From: Auanema rhodensis | Lineage: Eukaryota; Animalia; Nematoda | DNA length: 64,000 bases | Reading direction: 5' to 3' | Assembly (NCBI GenBank): GCA_964057225.1 | Contig: CAXKVF010000079.1 | Location: 310,001 to 374,000 of the forward strand | Part shown: piece after piece, positions 10,301 to 25,300 of the stretch | Layout: the number at the start of each line of letters is the position of its first letter | How positions within the stretch are numbered: the stretch's first letter is position 1 | Translations under genes and position numbers: made by a program | Notes under the pieces: generated by a model | Told to the model about the DNA's origin: nothing | The model's input: the letters and a program-made list of their open reading frames with translations, nothing else | Databases searched by the model: none

Positions 10301-13300
10301 GGTTCATGGTAACCATGACATTGAAATTTACGTGAACTTTAATTTATGCTAATTAAATGTACACGTGATGTGCCCTTGGTATGTAACTCGCTTCACGTGA
10401 AAGATAAAGAGATGCGGTTTTCAAAATTATATTCCCCATGTCCATATTAGTTTAAAAACAAATTTTTATTGATATTGGTGCATGGTAACCATGACTTTGA
10501 AATTTACGTGAACTTTAATTTATGCTAATTGAATGTACACGTGATGTGCACTTGGTATGTAACTCGCTTCACGTGAAAGATAAAGAGATGCGGTTTTCAA
10601 AATTTGATTCCCCATGTCCATATTAGTCTAAAAACAAATTTTTATTGATATTGGTTCATGGTAACCATGACTTTGAAATTTACGTGAACTTTAGTTTATG
10701 CTAATTAAATGTACACGTGGTGTGCACTTGGTATGTAACTCGCTTCACGTGAAAGATAAAGAGATGCAGTTTTCAAAATTAGATTCCCCATGTCCATATT
10801 AGTCTAAAAACAAATTTTTATTGATATTGGTTCATGGTAACCATGACTTTGAAATTTACGTGAACTTTAATTTATGCTAATTAAATGTACACGTGATGTG
10901 CACTTGGTATGTAACTCGCTTCACGTGAAAGATAAAGAGATGCGGTTTCCAAAATTAGATTCCCCATGTCCATATTAGTCTAAAAACGAATTTTTATTGA
11001 TATTGGTGCATGGTAACCATGACTTTGAAATTTACGTGAACTTTAGTTTATGCTAATTAAATGTACACGTGGTGTGCACTTGGTATGTAACTCGCTTCAC
11101 GTGAAAGATAAAGAGATGCAGTTTTCAAAATTAGATTCCCCATGTCCATATTAGTCTAAAAACAAATTTTTATTGATATTGGTTCATGGTAACCATGACT
11201 TTGAAATTTACGTGAACTTTAATTTATGCTAATTAAATGTACACGTGATGTGCCCTTGGTATGTAACTCGCTTCACGTGAAAGATAAAGAGATGCGGTTT
11301 TCAAAATTAGATTCCCCATGTCCATATTAGTCTAAAAACAAATTTTTATTGATATTGGTTCATGGTAACCATGACTTTGAAATTTACGTGAACTTTAATT
11401 TATGCTAATTAAATGTACACGTGATGTGCACTTGGTATGTAACTCGCTTCACGTGAAAGATAAAGAGATGCGGTTTCCAAAATTAGATTCCCCATGTCCA
11501 TATTAGTCTAAAAACGAATTTTTATTGATATTGGTGCATGGTAACCATGACTTTGAAATTTACGTGAACTTTAGTTTATGCTAATTAAATGTACACGTGG
11601 TGTGCACTTGGTATGTAACTCGCTTCACGTGAAAGATAAAGAGATGCAGTTTTCAAAATTAGATTCCCCATGTCCATATTAGTCTAAAAACAAATTTTTA
11701 TTGATATTGGTTCATGGTAACCATGACTTTGAAATTTACGTGAACTTTAATTTATGCTAATTAAATGTACACGTGATGTGCCCTTGGTATGTAACTCGCT
11801 TCACGTGAAAGATAATGAGATGCGGTTTTCAAAATTAGATTCCCCATGTCCATATTAGTCTAAAAACAAATTTTTATTGATATTGGTTCATGGTAACCAT
11901 GACTTTGAAATTTACGTGAACTTTAATTTATGCTAATTAAATGTACACGTGATGTGCACTTGGTATGTAACTCGCTTCACGTGAAAGATAAAGAGATGCG
12001 GTTTTCAAAATTAGATTCCCCATGTCCATATTAGTCTAAAAACAAATTTTTATTGATATTGGTTCATGGTAACCATGACTTTGAAATTTACGTGAACTTT
12101 AATTTATGCTAATTAAATGTACACGTGATGAACACTTGGTGTGTAACTCGCTTCACGTGAAAGATAAAGAGATGCGGTTTTCAAAATTAGATTCCCCATG
12201 TCCATATTAGTTTAAAAACAAATTTTTATTGATATTGGTGCATGGTAACCATGACTTTGAAATTTACGTGAACTTTAATTTATGCTAATTAAATGTACAC
12301 GTGATGTGCACTTGGTATGTAACTCGCTTCACGTGAAAGATAAAGAGATGCGGTTTTCAAAATTAGATTCCCCATGCCCATATTAGTCTAAAAACAAATT
12401 TTTATTGATATTGGTTCATGGTAACCATGACTTTGAAATTTACGTGAACTTTAATTTATGCTAATTAAATGTACACGTGGTGTGCACTTGGTATGTAACT
12501 CGCTTCACGTGAAAGATAAAGAGATGCGGTTTTCAAAATTAGATTCCCCATGTCCATATTAGTCTAAAAACAAATTTTTATTGATATTGGTGCATGGTAA
12601 CCATGACTTTGAAATTTACGTGAACTTTAATTTATGCTAATTAAATGTACACGTGATGTGCACTTGGTATGTAACTCGCTTCACGTAAAAGATAAAGAGA
12701 TGCGGTTTTCAAAATTATATTCCCCATGTCCATATTAGTTTAAAAACAAATTTTTATTGATATTGGTGCATGGTAACCATGACTTTGAAATTTACGTGAA
12801 CTTTAATTTATGCTAATTGAATGTACACGTGATGTGCACTTGGTATGTAACTCGCTTCACGTGAAAGATAAAGAGATGCGGTTTTCAAAATTTGATTCCC
12901 CATGTCCATATTAGTCTAAAAACAAATTTTTATTGATATTGGTTCATGGTAACCATGACTTTGAAATTTACGTGAACTTTAATTTATGCTAATTAAATGT
13001 ACACGTGATGTGCACTTGGTATGTAACTCGCTTCACGTGAAAGATAAAGAGATGCGGTTTTCAAAATTAGATTCCCCATGTCCATATTAGTTTAAAAACA
13101 AATTTTTATTGATATTGGTGCATGGTAACCATGACTTTGAAATTTACGTGAACTTTAATTTATGCTTATTAAATGTACACGTGATGTGCACTTGGTATGT
13201 AACTCGCTTCACGTAAAAGATAAAGAGATGCGGTTTCCAAAATTAGATTCCCCATGTCCATATTAGTCTAAAAACAAATTTTTATTGATATTGGTTCATG

Positions 13301-14256
13301 GTAACCATGTCTTTGAAATTTACGTGAACTTTAATTTATGCTAATTAAATGTACACGTGATGTGCACTTGGTATGTAACTCGCTTCACGTGAAAGATAAA
13401 GAGATGCGGTTTTCAAAATTAGATTCCCCATGTCCATATTAGTTTAAAAACAAATTTTTATTGATATTGGTGCATGGTAACCATGACTTTGAAATTTACG
13501 TGAACTTTAATTCATGCTAATTAAATGTACACGTGATGTGCACTTGGTATGTAACTCGCTTCACGTAAAAGATAAAGAGATGCGGTTTTCAAAATTAGAT
13601 TCCCCATGTCCATATTAGTCTAAAAACAAATTTTTATTGATATTGGTTCATGGTAACCATGTCTTTGAAATTTACGTGAACTTTAATTTATGCTAATTAA
13701 ATGTACACGTGATGTGCACTTGGTATGTAACTCGCTTCACGTGAAAGATAAAGAGATGCGGTTTTCAAAATTAGATTCCCCATGTCCATATTAGTCTAAA
13801 AACAAATTTTTATTGATATTGGTTCATGGTAACCATGACATTGAAATTTACGTGAACTTTAATTCATGCTAATTAATAGTACACGTGATGTGCACTTGTT
13901 ATGTAACTCGCTTCACGTGAAAGATGAAGAGATGCGGTTTTCAAAATTAGATTCCCCATGTCCATATTAGTCTAAAAACAAATTTTTATTGATATTGGTG
14001 CATGGTAACCATGACTTTGAAATTTACGTGAACTTTAATTTATGCTAATTAAATGTACACGTGATGTGCACTTGGTATGTAACTCGCTTCACGTGAAAGA
14101 TAAAGAGATGCGGTTTTCAAAATTAGATTCCCCATGTCCATATTAGTCTAAAAACAATTTTTTATTGATATTGGTTCATGGTAACCATGACATTGAAATT
14201 TACGTGAACTTTAATTTATGCTAATTAAATGTACACGTGATGTGCCCTTGGTATGT
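7393..14256. repeat. Duplicated block of ~16-17 monomers: ~7393-10384 and ~11441-14256 (offset 22-23 monomers)
   Basis: Both copies show the same order of rare markers: GATGAACAC (monomers at 7921 and 11969), CATGCCC, TTAATAGTAC (monomers at 9857 and 13729), then the 78T/112A/166C monomer. Confidence 0.8.
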
Positions 14257-17200
14257 AACTCGCTTCACGTGAAAGATAAAGAGATGCGGTTTTCAAAATT
14301 AGATTCCCCATGTCCATATTAGTCTAAAAACATATTTTTATTGATATTGGTTCATGGTAACCATGACTTTGAAATTTACGTGAACTTTAATTTATGCTAA
14401 TTAAATGTACACGTGATGTGCACTTGGTATGTAATTCGCTTCACGTGAAAGATAAAGAGATGCGGTTTTCAAAATTAGATTCCCCATGTCCATATTAGTC
14501 TAAAAACAAATTTTTATTGATATTGGTTTATGGTAACCATGACTTTGAAATTTACGTGAACTTTAATTTATGCTAATTAAATGTACACGTGATGAACACT
14601 TGGTATGTAACTCGCTTCACGTGAAAGATAAAGAGATGCGGTTTTCAAAATTAGATTCCCCATGTCCATATTAGTTTAAAAACAAATTTTTATTGATATT
14701 GGTGCATGGTAACCATGACTTTGAAATTTACGTGAACTTTAATTTATGCTAATTAAATGTACACGTGATGTGCACTTGGTATGTAACTCGCTTCACGTGA
14801 AAGATAAAGAGATGCGGTTTTCAAAATTAGATTCCCCATGCCCATATTAGTCTAAAAACAAAATTTTATTGATATTGGTTCATGGTAACCATGACTTTGA
14901 AATTTACGTGAACTTTAATTTATGCTAATTAAATGTACACGTGGTGTGCACTTGGTATGTAACTCGCTTCACGTGAAAGATAAAGAGATGCGGTTTTCAA
15001 AATTAGATTCCCCATGTCCATATTAGTCTAAAAACAAATTTTTATTGATATTGGTTCATGGTAACCATGACTTTGAAATTTACGTGAACTTTAATTTATG
15101 CTAATTAAATGTACACGTGATGTGCACTTGGTATGTAACTCGCTTCACGTGAAAGATAAAGAGATGCGGTTTTCAAAATTAGATTCCCCATGTCCATATT
15201 AGTCTAAAAACAAATTTTTATTGATATTGGTTCATGGTAACCATGTCTTTGAAATTTACGTGAACTTTAATTTATGCTAATTAAATGTACACGTGATGTG
15301 CACTTGGTATGTAACTCGCTTCACGTGAAAGATAAAAAGATGCGGTTTTCAAAATTAGATTCCCCATGTCCATATTAGTCTAAAAACAAATTTTTATTGA
15401 TATTGGTGCATGGTAACCATGACTTTGAAATTTACGTGAACTTTAATTTATGCTAATTAAATGTACACGTGATGTGCACTTGGTATGTAACTCGCTTCAC
15501 GTGAAAGATAAAGAGATGCGGTTTTCAAAATTAGATTCCCCATGTCCATATTAGTCTAAAAACAAATTTTTATTGATATTGGTTCATGGTAACCATGACT
15601 TTGAAATTTACGTGAACTTTAATTTATGCTAATTAAATGTACACGTGATGTGCACTTGGTATGTAACTCGCTTCACGTGAAAGATAAAGAGATGCGGTTT
15701 CCAAAATTAGATTCCCCATGTCCATATTAGTCTAAAAACGAATTTTTATTGATATTAGTGCATGGTAACCATGACTTTGAAATTTACGTGAACTTTAGTT
15801 TATGCTAATTAAATGTACACGTGGTGTGCACTTGGTATGTAACTCGCTTCACGTGAAAGATAAAGAGATGCAGTTTTCAAAATTAGATTCCCCATGTCCA
15901 TATTAGTCTAAAAACAAATTTTTATTGATATTGGTTCATGGTAACCATGACTTTGAAATTTACGTGAACTTTAATTTATGCTAATTAAATGTACACGTGA
16001 TGTGCCCTTGGTATGTAACTCGCTTCACGTGAAAGATAAAGAGATGCGGTTTTCAAAATTAGATTCCCCTTGTCCATATTAGTTTGAAAACAAATTTTTA
16101 TTGATATTGGTGCATGGTAACCATGACTTTGAAATTTACGTGAACTTTAATTTATGCTAATTAAATGTACACGTGATGTGCACTTGGTATGTAACTCGCT
16201 TCACGTGAAAGATAAAGAGATGCGGTTTTCAAAATTAGATTCCCCATGTCCATATTAGTCTAAAAACAATTTTTTATTGATATTGGTTCATGGTAACCAT
16301 GACATTGAAATTTACGTGAACTTTAATTTATGCTAATTAAATGTACACGTGATGTGCCCTTGGTATGTAACTCGCTTCACGTGAAAGATAAAGAGATGCG
16401 GTTTTCAAAATTAGATTCCCCATGTCCATATTAGTCTAAAAACATATTTTTATTGATATTGGTTCATGGTAACCATGACTTTGAAATTTACGTGAACTTT
16501 AATTTATGCTAATTAAATGTACACGTGATGTGCACTTGGTATGTAATTCGCTTCACGTGAAAGATAAAGAGATGCGGTTTTCAAAATTAGATTCCCCATG
16601 TCCATATTAGTCTAAAAACAAATTTTTATTGATATTGGTTTATGGTAACCATGACTTTGAAATTTACGTGAACTTTAATTTATGCTAATTAAATGTACAC
16701 GTGATGAACACTTGGTATGTAACTCGCTTCACGTGAAAGATAAAGAGATGCGGTTTTCAAAATTAGATTCCCCATGTCCATATTAGTTTAAAAACAAATT
16801 TTTATTGATATTGGTGCATGGTAACCATGACTTTGAAATTTACGTGAACTTTAATTTATGCTAATTAAATGTACACGTGATGTGCACTTGGTATGTAACT
16901 CGCTTCACGTGAAAGATAAAGAGATGCGGTTTTCAAAATTAGATTCCCCATGCCCATATTAGTCTAAAAACAAAATTTTATTGATATTGGTTCATGGTAA
17001 CCATGACTTTGAAATTTACGTGAACTTTAATTTATGCTAATTAAATGTACACGTGGTGTGCACTTGGTATGTAACTCGCTTCACGTGAAAGATAAAGAGA
17101 TGCGGTTTTCAAAATTAGATTCCCCATGTCCATATTAGTCTAAAAACAAATTTTTATTGATATTGGTTCATGGTAACCATGACTTTGAAATTTACGTGAA

Positions 17201-18304
17201 CTTTAATTTATGCTAATTAAATGTACACGTGATGTGCACTTGGTATGTAACTCGCTTCACGTGAAAGATAAAGAGATGCGGTTTTCAAAATTAGATTCCC
17301 CATGTCCATATTAGTCTAAAAACAAATTTTTATTGATATTGGTTCATGGTAACCATGTCTTTGAAATTTACGTGAACTTTAATTTATGCTAATTAAATGT
17401 ACACGTGATGTGCACTTGGTATGTAACTCGCTTCACGTGAAAGATAAAAAGATGCGGTTTTCAAAATTAGATTCCCCATGTCCATATTAGTCTAAAAACA
17501 AATTTTTATTGATATTGGTGCATGGTAACCATGACTTTGAAATTTACGTGAACTTTAATTTATGCTAATTAAATGTACACGTGATGTGCACTTGGTATGT
17601 AACTCGCTTCACGTGAAAGATAAAGAGATGCGGTTTTCAAAATTAGATTCCCCATGTCCATATTAGTCTAAAAACAAATTTTTATTGATATTGGTTCATG
17701 GTAACCATGACTTTGAAATTTACGTGAACTTTAATTTATGCTAATTAAATGTACACGTGATGTGCACTTGGTATGTAACTCGCTTCACGTGAAAGATAAA
17801 GAGATGCGGTTTCCAAAATTAGATTCCCCATGTCCATATTAGTCTAAAAACGAATTTTTATTGATATTAGTGCATGGTAACCATGACTTTGAAATTTACG
17901 TGAACTTTAGTTTATGCTAATTAAATGTACACGTGGTGTGCACTTGGTATGTAACTCGCTTCACGTGAAAGATAAAGAGATGCAGTTTTCAAAATTAGAT
18001 TCCCCATGTCCATATTAGTCTAAAAACAAATTTTTATTGATATTGGTTCATGGTAACCATGACTTTGAAATTTACGTGAACTTTAATTTATGCTAATTAA
18101 ATGTACACGTGATGTGCCCTTGGTATGTAACTCGCTTCACGTGAAAGATAAAGAGATGCGGTTTTCAAAATTAGATTCCCCTTGTCCATATTAGTTTGAA
18201 AACAAATTTTTATTGATATTGGTGCATGGTAACCATGACTTTGAAATTTACGTGAACTTTAATTTATGCTAATTAAATGTACACGTGATGTGCACTTGGT
18301 ATGT
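14081..18304. repeat. Tandem duplication of a 12-monomer unit (2112 bp): 14081-16192 and 16193-18304
   Basis: All diagnostic variants recur at +2112, including AACATATT (77T), AATTCGC + GGTTTATGG + GATGAACAC, CATGCCC + AAAATTTT, GATAAAAAGA and CCCCTTG + GTTTGA. Confidence 0.92.
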
Positions 18305-19360
18305 AACTCGCTTCACGTGAGAGATAAAGAGATGCGGTTTTCAAAATTTGATTCCCCATGTCCATATTAGTCTAAAAACAAATTTTTATTGATATTGGTT
18401 CATGGTAACCATGACTTTGAAATTTACGTGAACTTTAATTTATGCTAATTAAATGTACACGTGATGTGCACTTGGTATGTAACTCGCTTCACGTGAAAGA
18501 TAAAGAGATGCGGTTTTCAAAATTAGATTCCCCATGTCCATATTAGTTTAAAAACAAATTTATATTGATATTGGTGCATGGTAACCATGACTTTGAAATT
18601 TACGTGAACTTTAATTTATGCTAATTAAATGTACACGTGATGTGCACTTGGTATGTAACTCGCTTCACGTGAAAGATAAAGAGATGCGGTTTCCAAAATT
18701 AGATTCCCCATGTCCATATTAGTCTAAAAACAAATTTTTATTGATATTGGTTTATGGTAACCATGACTTTGAAATTTACGTGAACTTTAGTTTATGCTAA
18801 TTAAATGTACACGTGGTGTGCACTTGGTATGTAACTCGCTTCACGTGAAAGATAAAGAGATGCGGTTTTCAAAATTAGATTCCCCATGTCCATATTAGTC
18901 TAAAAACGAATTTTTATTGATATTGGTGCATGGTAACCATGACTTTGAAATTTACGTGAACTTTAGTTTATGCTAATTAAATGTACACGTGGTGTGCACT
19001 TGGTATGTAACTCGCTTCACGTGAAAGATAAAGAGATGCGGTTTTCAAAATTAGATTCCCCATGTCCATATTAGTCTAAAAACAAATTTTTATTGATATT
19101 GGTTCATGGTAACCATGACTTTGAAATTTACGTGAACTTTAATTTATGCTAATTAAATGTACACGTGATGTGCACTTGGTATGTAACTCGCTTCACGTGA
19201 AAGATAAAGAGATGCGGTTTTCAAAATTAGATTCCCCATGTCCATATTAGTCTAAAAACAAATTTTTATTGATATTGGTGCATGGTAACCATGACTTTGA
19301 AATTTACGTGAACTTTAATTTATGCTAATTAAATGTACACGTGATGTGCACTTGGTATGT

Positions 19361-22350
19361 AACTCGCTTCACGTGAAAGATAAAGAGATGCGGTTTTCAA
19401 AATTAGATTCCTTATGTCCATATTGGTCCAAAAACAAATTTTTATTGATATTGGTTCATGGTAACCATGACTTTGAAATTTACGTGAACTTTAATTTATG
19501 CTAATTAAATGTACACGTGATGTGCACTTGGTATGTAACTCGCTTCACGTGAAAGATAAAGAGATGCGGTTTTCAAAATTAGATTCCCCATGTCCATATT
19601 AGTCTAAAAACAAATTTTTATTGATATTGGTTCATGGTAACCATGTCTTTGAAATTTACGTGAACTTTAATTTATGCTAATTAAATGTACACGTGATGTG
19701 CACTTGGTATGTAACTCGCTTCACGTGAAAGATAAAGAGATGAGGTTTTCACAATTAGATTCCCCATGTCCATATTAGTCTAAAAACAAATTTTTATTGA
19801 TATTGGTGCATGGTAACCATGACTTTGAAATTTACGTGAACTTTAATTTATGCTAATTAAATGTACACGTGATGTGCACTTGGTATGTAACTCGCTTCAC
19901 GTGAAAGATAAAGAGATGCGGTTTACAAAATTAGATTCCCCATGTCCATATTAGTCTAAAAACAAATTTTTATTGATATTGGTTCATGGTAACCATGACT
20001 TTGAAATTTACGTGAACTTTAATTTATGCTGATTAAATGTACACGTGATGTGCACTTGGTATGTAACTCGCTTCACGTGAAAGATAAAGAGATGCGGTTT
20101 TCAAAATTAGATTCCCCATGTCCATATTAGTCTAAAAACAACTTTTTATTGATATTGGTGCATGGTAACCTTGACTTTGAAATTTACGTGAACTTTAATT
20201 CATGCTAATTAAATGTACACGTGTTGTGCACTTGGTATGTAACTCGCTTCACGTGAAAGATAAAGAGATGCGGTTTTCAAAATTAGATTCCCCATGTCCA
20301 TATTAGTCTAAACACAAATTTTTATTGATATTGGTTCATGGTAACCATGACTTTGAAATTTACGTGAACTTTAATTTATGCTAATTAAATGTACACGTGA
20401 TGTGCACTTGGTATGTAACTCGCTTCACGTGAAAGATAAAGAGATGCGGTTTTCAAAATTAGATTCCCCATGTCCATATTAGTCTAAAAACAAATTGTTA
20501 TTGATATTGGTGCATGGTAACCATGACTTTGAAATTTACGTGAACTTTAATTCATGCTAATTAAATGTACACGTGATGTGCACTTGGTATGTAACTCGCT
20601 TCACGTAAAAGATAAAGAGATGCGGTTTTCAAAATTAGATTCCCCATGTCCATATTAGTCTAAAAACAAATTTTATTGATATTGGTGCATGGTAACCATG
20701 ACTTTGAAATTTACGTGAACTTTAATTTATGCTAATTAAATGTACACGTGATGTGCACTTGGTATGTAACTCGCTTCACGTGAAAGATAAAGAGATGCGG
20801 TTTTCAAAATTAGATTCCCCATGTCCATATTAGTCTAAAAACAACTTTTTATTGATATTGGTTCATGGTAACCATGACATTGAAATTTACGTGAACTTTA
20901 ATTTATGCTAATTAAATGTACACGTGATGTGCACTTGGTATGTAACTCGCTTCACGTGAAAGATAAAGAGATGCGGTTTTCAAAATTAGATTCCCCATGG
21001 CCATATTAGTCTAAAAACAAATTTTTATTGATATTGGTGCATGGTAACCATGACTTTGAAATTTACGTGAACTTTAATTTATGCTAATTAAATGTACACG
21101 TGATGTGCACTTGGTATGTAACTCGCTTCACGTGAAAGATAAAGAGATGCGGTTTTCAAAATTAGATTCCTTATGTCCATATTAGTCCAAAAACAAATTT
21201 TTATTGATATTGGTTCATGGTAACCATGACTTTGAAATTTACGTGAACTTTAATTTATGCTAATTAAATGTACACGTGATGTGCACTTGGTATGTAACTC
21301 GCTTCACGTGAAAGATAAAGAGATGCGGTTTTCAAAATTAGATTCCCCATGTCCATATTAGTCTAAAAACAAATTTTTATTGATATTGGTTCATGGTAAC
21401 CATGTCTTTGAAATTTACGTGAACTTTAATTTATGCTAATTAAATGTACACGTGATGTGCACTTGGTATGTAACTCGCTTCACGTGAAAGATAAAGAGAT
21501 GAGGTTTTCAAAATTAGATTCCCCATGTCCATATTAGTCTAAAAACAAATTTTTATTGATATTGGTGCATGGTAACCATGACTTTGAAATTTACGTGAAC
21601 TTTAATTTATGCTAATTAAATGTACACGTGATGTGCACTTGGTATGTAACTCGCTTCACGTGAAAGATAAAGAGATGCGGTTTACAAAATTAGATTCCCC
21701 ATGTCCATATTAGTCTAAAAACAAATTTTTATTGATATTGGTTCATGGTAACCATGACTTTGAAATTTACGTGAACTTTAATTTATGCTGATTAAATGTA
21801 CACGTGATGTGCACTTGGTATGTAACTCGCTTCACGTGAAAGATAAAGAGATGCGGTTTTCAAAATTAGATTCCCCATGTCCATATTAGTCTAAAAACAA
21901 CTTTTTATTGATATTGGTGCATGGTAACCTTGACTTTGAAATTTACGTGAACTTTAATTCATGCTAATTAAATGTACACGTGTTGTGCACTTGGTATGTA
22001 ACTCGCTTCACGTGAAAGATAAAGAGATGCGGTTTTCAAAATTAGATTCCCCATGTCCATATTAGTCTAAACACAAATTTTTATTGATATTGGTTCATGG
22101 TAACCATGACTTTGAAATTTACGTGAACTTTAATTTATGCTAATTAAATGTACACGTGATGTGCACTTGGTATGTAACTCGCTTCACGTGAAAGATAAAG
22201 AGATGCGGTTTTCAAAATTAGATTCCCCATGTCCATATTAGTCTAAAAACAAATTTTATTGATATTGGTGCATGGTAACCATGACTTTGAAATTTACGTG
22301 AACTTTAATTTATGCTGATTAAATGTACACGTGATGTGCACTTGGTATGT
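19361..22350. repeat. Partial tandem duplication at a 10-monomer offset
   Basis: The CCTTATG monomer occurs at 19361 and 21120. Each is followed by 110T, ATGAGG, GTTTACA/GCTGATT, AACCTTG/CGTGTTG and TAAACAC monomers in the same order. Confidence 0.85.
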
Positions 22351-25300
22351 AACTCGCTTCACGTGAAAGATAAAGAGATGCGGTTTTCAAAATTAGATTC
22401 CCCATGTCCATATTAGTCTAAAAACAACTTTTTATTGATATTGGTTCATGGTAACCATGACATTGAAATTTACGTGAACTTTAATTTATGCTAATTAAAT
22501 GTACACGTGATGTGCCCTTGGTATGTAACTCGCTTCACGTGAAAGATAAAGAGATGCGGTTTTCAAAATTAGATTCCCCATGTCCATATTAGTCTAAAAA
22601 CAAATTTTTATTGATATTGGTTCATGGTAACCATGACTTTGAAATTTACGTGAACTTTAATTTATGCTAATTAAATGTACACGTGATGTGCACTTGGTAT
22701 GTAATTCGCTTCACGTGAAAGATAAAGAGATGCGGTTTTCAAAATTAGATTCCCCATGTCCATATTAGTCTAAAAACAAATTTTTATTGATATTGGTTCA
22801 TGGTAACCATGACTTTGAAATTTACGTGAACTTTAATTTATGCTAATTAAATGTACACGTGATGAACACTTGGTATGTAACTCGCTTCACGTGAAAGATA
22901 AAGAGATGCGGTTTTCAAAATTAGATTCCCCATGTCCATATTAGTTTAAAAACAAATTTTTATTGATATTGGTGCATGGTAACCATGACTTTGAAATTTA
23001 CGTGAACTTTAATTTATGCTAATTAAATGTACACGTGATGTGCACTTGGTATGTAACTCGCTTCACGTGAAAGATAAAGAGATGCGGTTTTCAAAATTAG
23101 ATTCCCCATGCCCATATTAGTCTAAAAACAAAATTTTATTGATATTGGTTCATGGTAACCATGACTTTGAAATTTACGTGAACTTTAATTTATGCTAATT
23201 AAATGTACACGTGATGTGCACTTGGTATGTAACTCGCTTCACGTGAAAGATAAAGAGATGCGGTTTTCAAAATTAGATTCCCCATGTCCATATTAGTCTA
23301 AAAACAAATTTTTATTGATATTGGTTCATGGTAACCATGTCTTTGAAATTTACGTGAACTTTAATTTATGCTAATTAAATGTACACGTGATGTGCACTTG
23401 GTATGTAACTCGCTTCACGTGAAAGATAAAGAGATGCGGTTTTCAAAATTAGATTCCCCATGTCCATATTAGTCTAAAAACAAATTTTTATTGATATTGG
23501 TGCATGGTAACCATGACTTTGAAATTTACGTGAACTTTAATTTATGCTAATTAAATGTACACGTGATGTGCACTTGGTATGTAACTCGCTTCACGTGAAA
23601 GATAAAGAGATGCGGTTTTCAAAATTAGATTCCCCATGTCCATATTAGTCTAAAAACAAATTTTTATTGATATTGGTTCATGGTAACCATGACTTTGAAA
23701 TTTACGTGAACTTTAATTTATGCTAATTAAATGTACACGTGATGTGCACTTGGTATGTAACTCGCTTCACGTGAAAGATAAAGAGATGCGGTTTTCAAAA
23801 TTAAATTCCCCATGTCCATATTAGTCTAAAAACAAATTTTTATTGATATTGGTTCATGGTAACCATGACTTTGAAATTTACGTGAACTTTAATTTATGCT
23901 AATTAAATGTACACGTGATGTGCCCTTGGTATGTAACTCGCTTCACGTGAAAGATAAAGAGAGCGGTTTTCAAAATTAGATTCCCCTTGTCCATATTAGT
24001 TTGAAAACAAATTTTTATTGATATTGGTGCATGGTAACCATGACTTTGAAATTTACGTGAACTTTAATTTATGCTAATTAAATGTACACGTGATGTGCAC
24101 TTGGTATGTAACTCGCTTCACGTGAGAGATAAAGAGATGCGGTTTTCAAAATTTGATTCCCCATGTCCATATTAGTCTAAAAACAAATTTTTATTGATAT
24201 TGGTTCATGGTAACCATGACTTTGAAATTTACGTGAACTTTAATTTATGCTAATTAAATGTACACGTGATGTGCACTTGGTATGTAACTCGCTTCACGTG
24301 AAAGATAAAGAGATGCGGTTTTCAAAATTAGATTCCCCATGTCCATATTAGTTTAAAAACAAATTTATATTGATATTGGTGCATGGTAACCATGACTTTG
24401 AAATTTACGTGAACTTTAATTTATGCTAATTAAATGTACACGTGATGTGCACTTGGTATGTAACTCGCTTCACGTGAAAGATAAAGAGATGCGGTTTCCA
24501 AAATTAGATTCCCCATGTCCATATTAGTCTAAAAACAAATTTTTATTGATATTGGTTTATGGTAACCATGACTTTGAAATTTACGTGAACTTTAGTTTAT
24601 GCTAATTAAATGTACACGTGGTGTGCACTTGGTATGTAACTCGCTTCACGTGAAAGATAAAGAGATGCGGTTTTCAAAATTAGATTCCCTATGTCCATAT
24701 TAGTCTAAAAACAAATTTTTATTGATATTGGTTCATGGTAACCATGACTTTGAAATTTACGTGAACTTTAATTTATGCTAATTAAATGTACACGTGATGT
24801 GCACTTGGTATGTAACTCGCTTCACGTGAAAGATAAAGAGATGCGGTTTTCAAAATTAGATTCACCATGTCCATATTAGTCTAAAAACGAATTTTTATTG
24901 ATATTGGTGCATGGTAACCATGACTTTGAAATTTACGTGAACTTTAGTTTATGCTAATTAAATGTACACGTGGTGTGCACTTGGTATGTAACTCGCTTCA
25001 CGTGAAAGATAAAGAGATGCGGTTTTCAAAATTAGATTCCCCATGTCCATATTAGTCTAAAAACAAATTTTTATTGATATTGGTTCATGGTAACCATGAC
25101 TTTGAAATTTACGTGAACTTTAATTTATGCTAATTAAATGTACACGTGATGTGCACTTGGTATGTAACTCGCTTCACGTGAAAGATAAAGAGATGCGGTT
25201 TTCAAAATTAGATTCCCCATGTCCATATTAGTCTAAAAACAAATTTTTATTGATATTGGTGCATGGTAACCATGACTTTGAAATTTACGTGAACTTTAAT

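Noticed and set aside
19322-19504. 60-aa ORF
   Set aside because: Same repeat frame with TAG>TGG. The sister monomer at 21120 keeps the stop.
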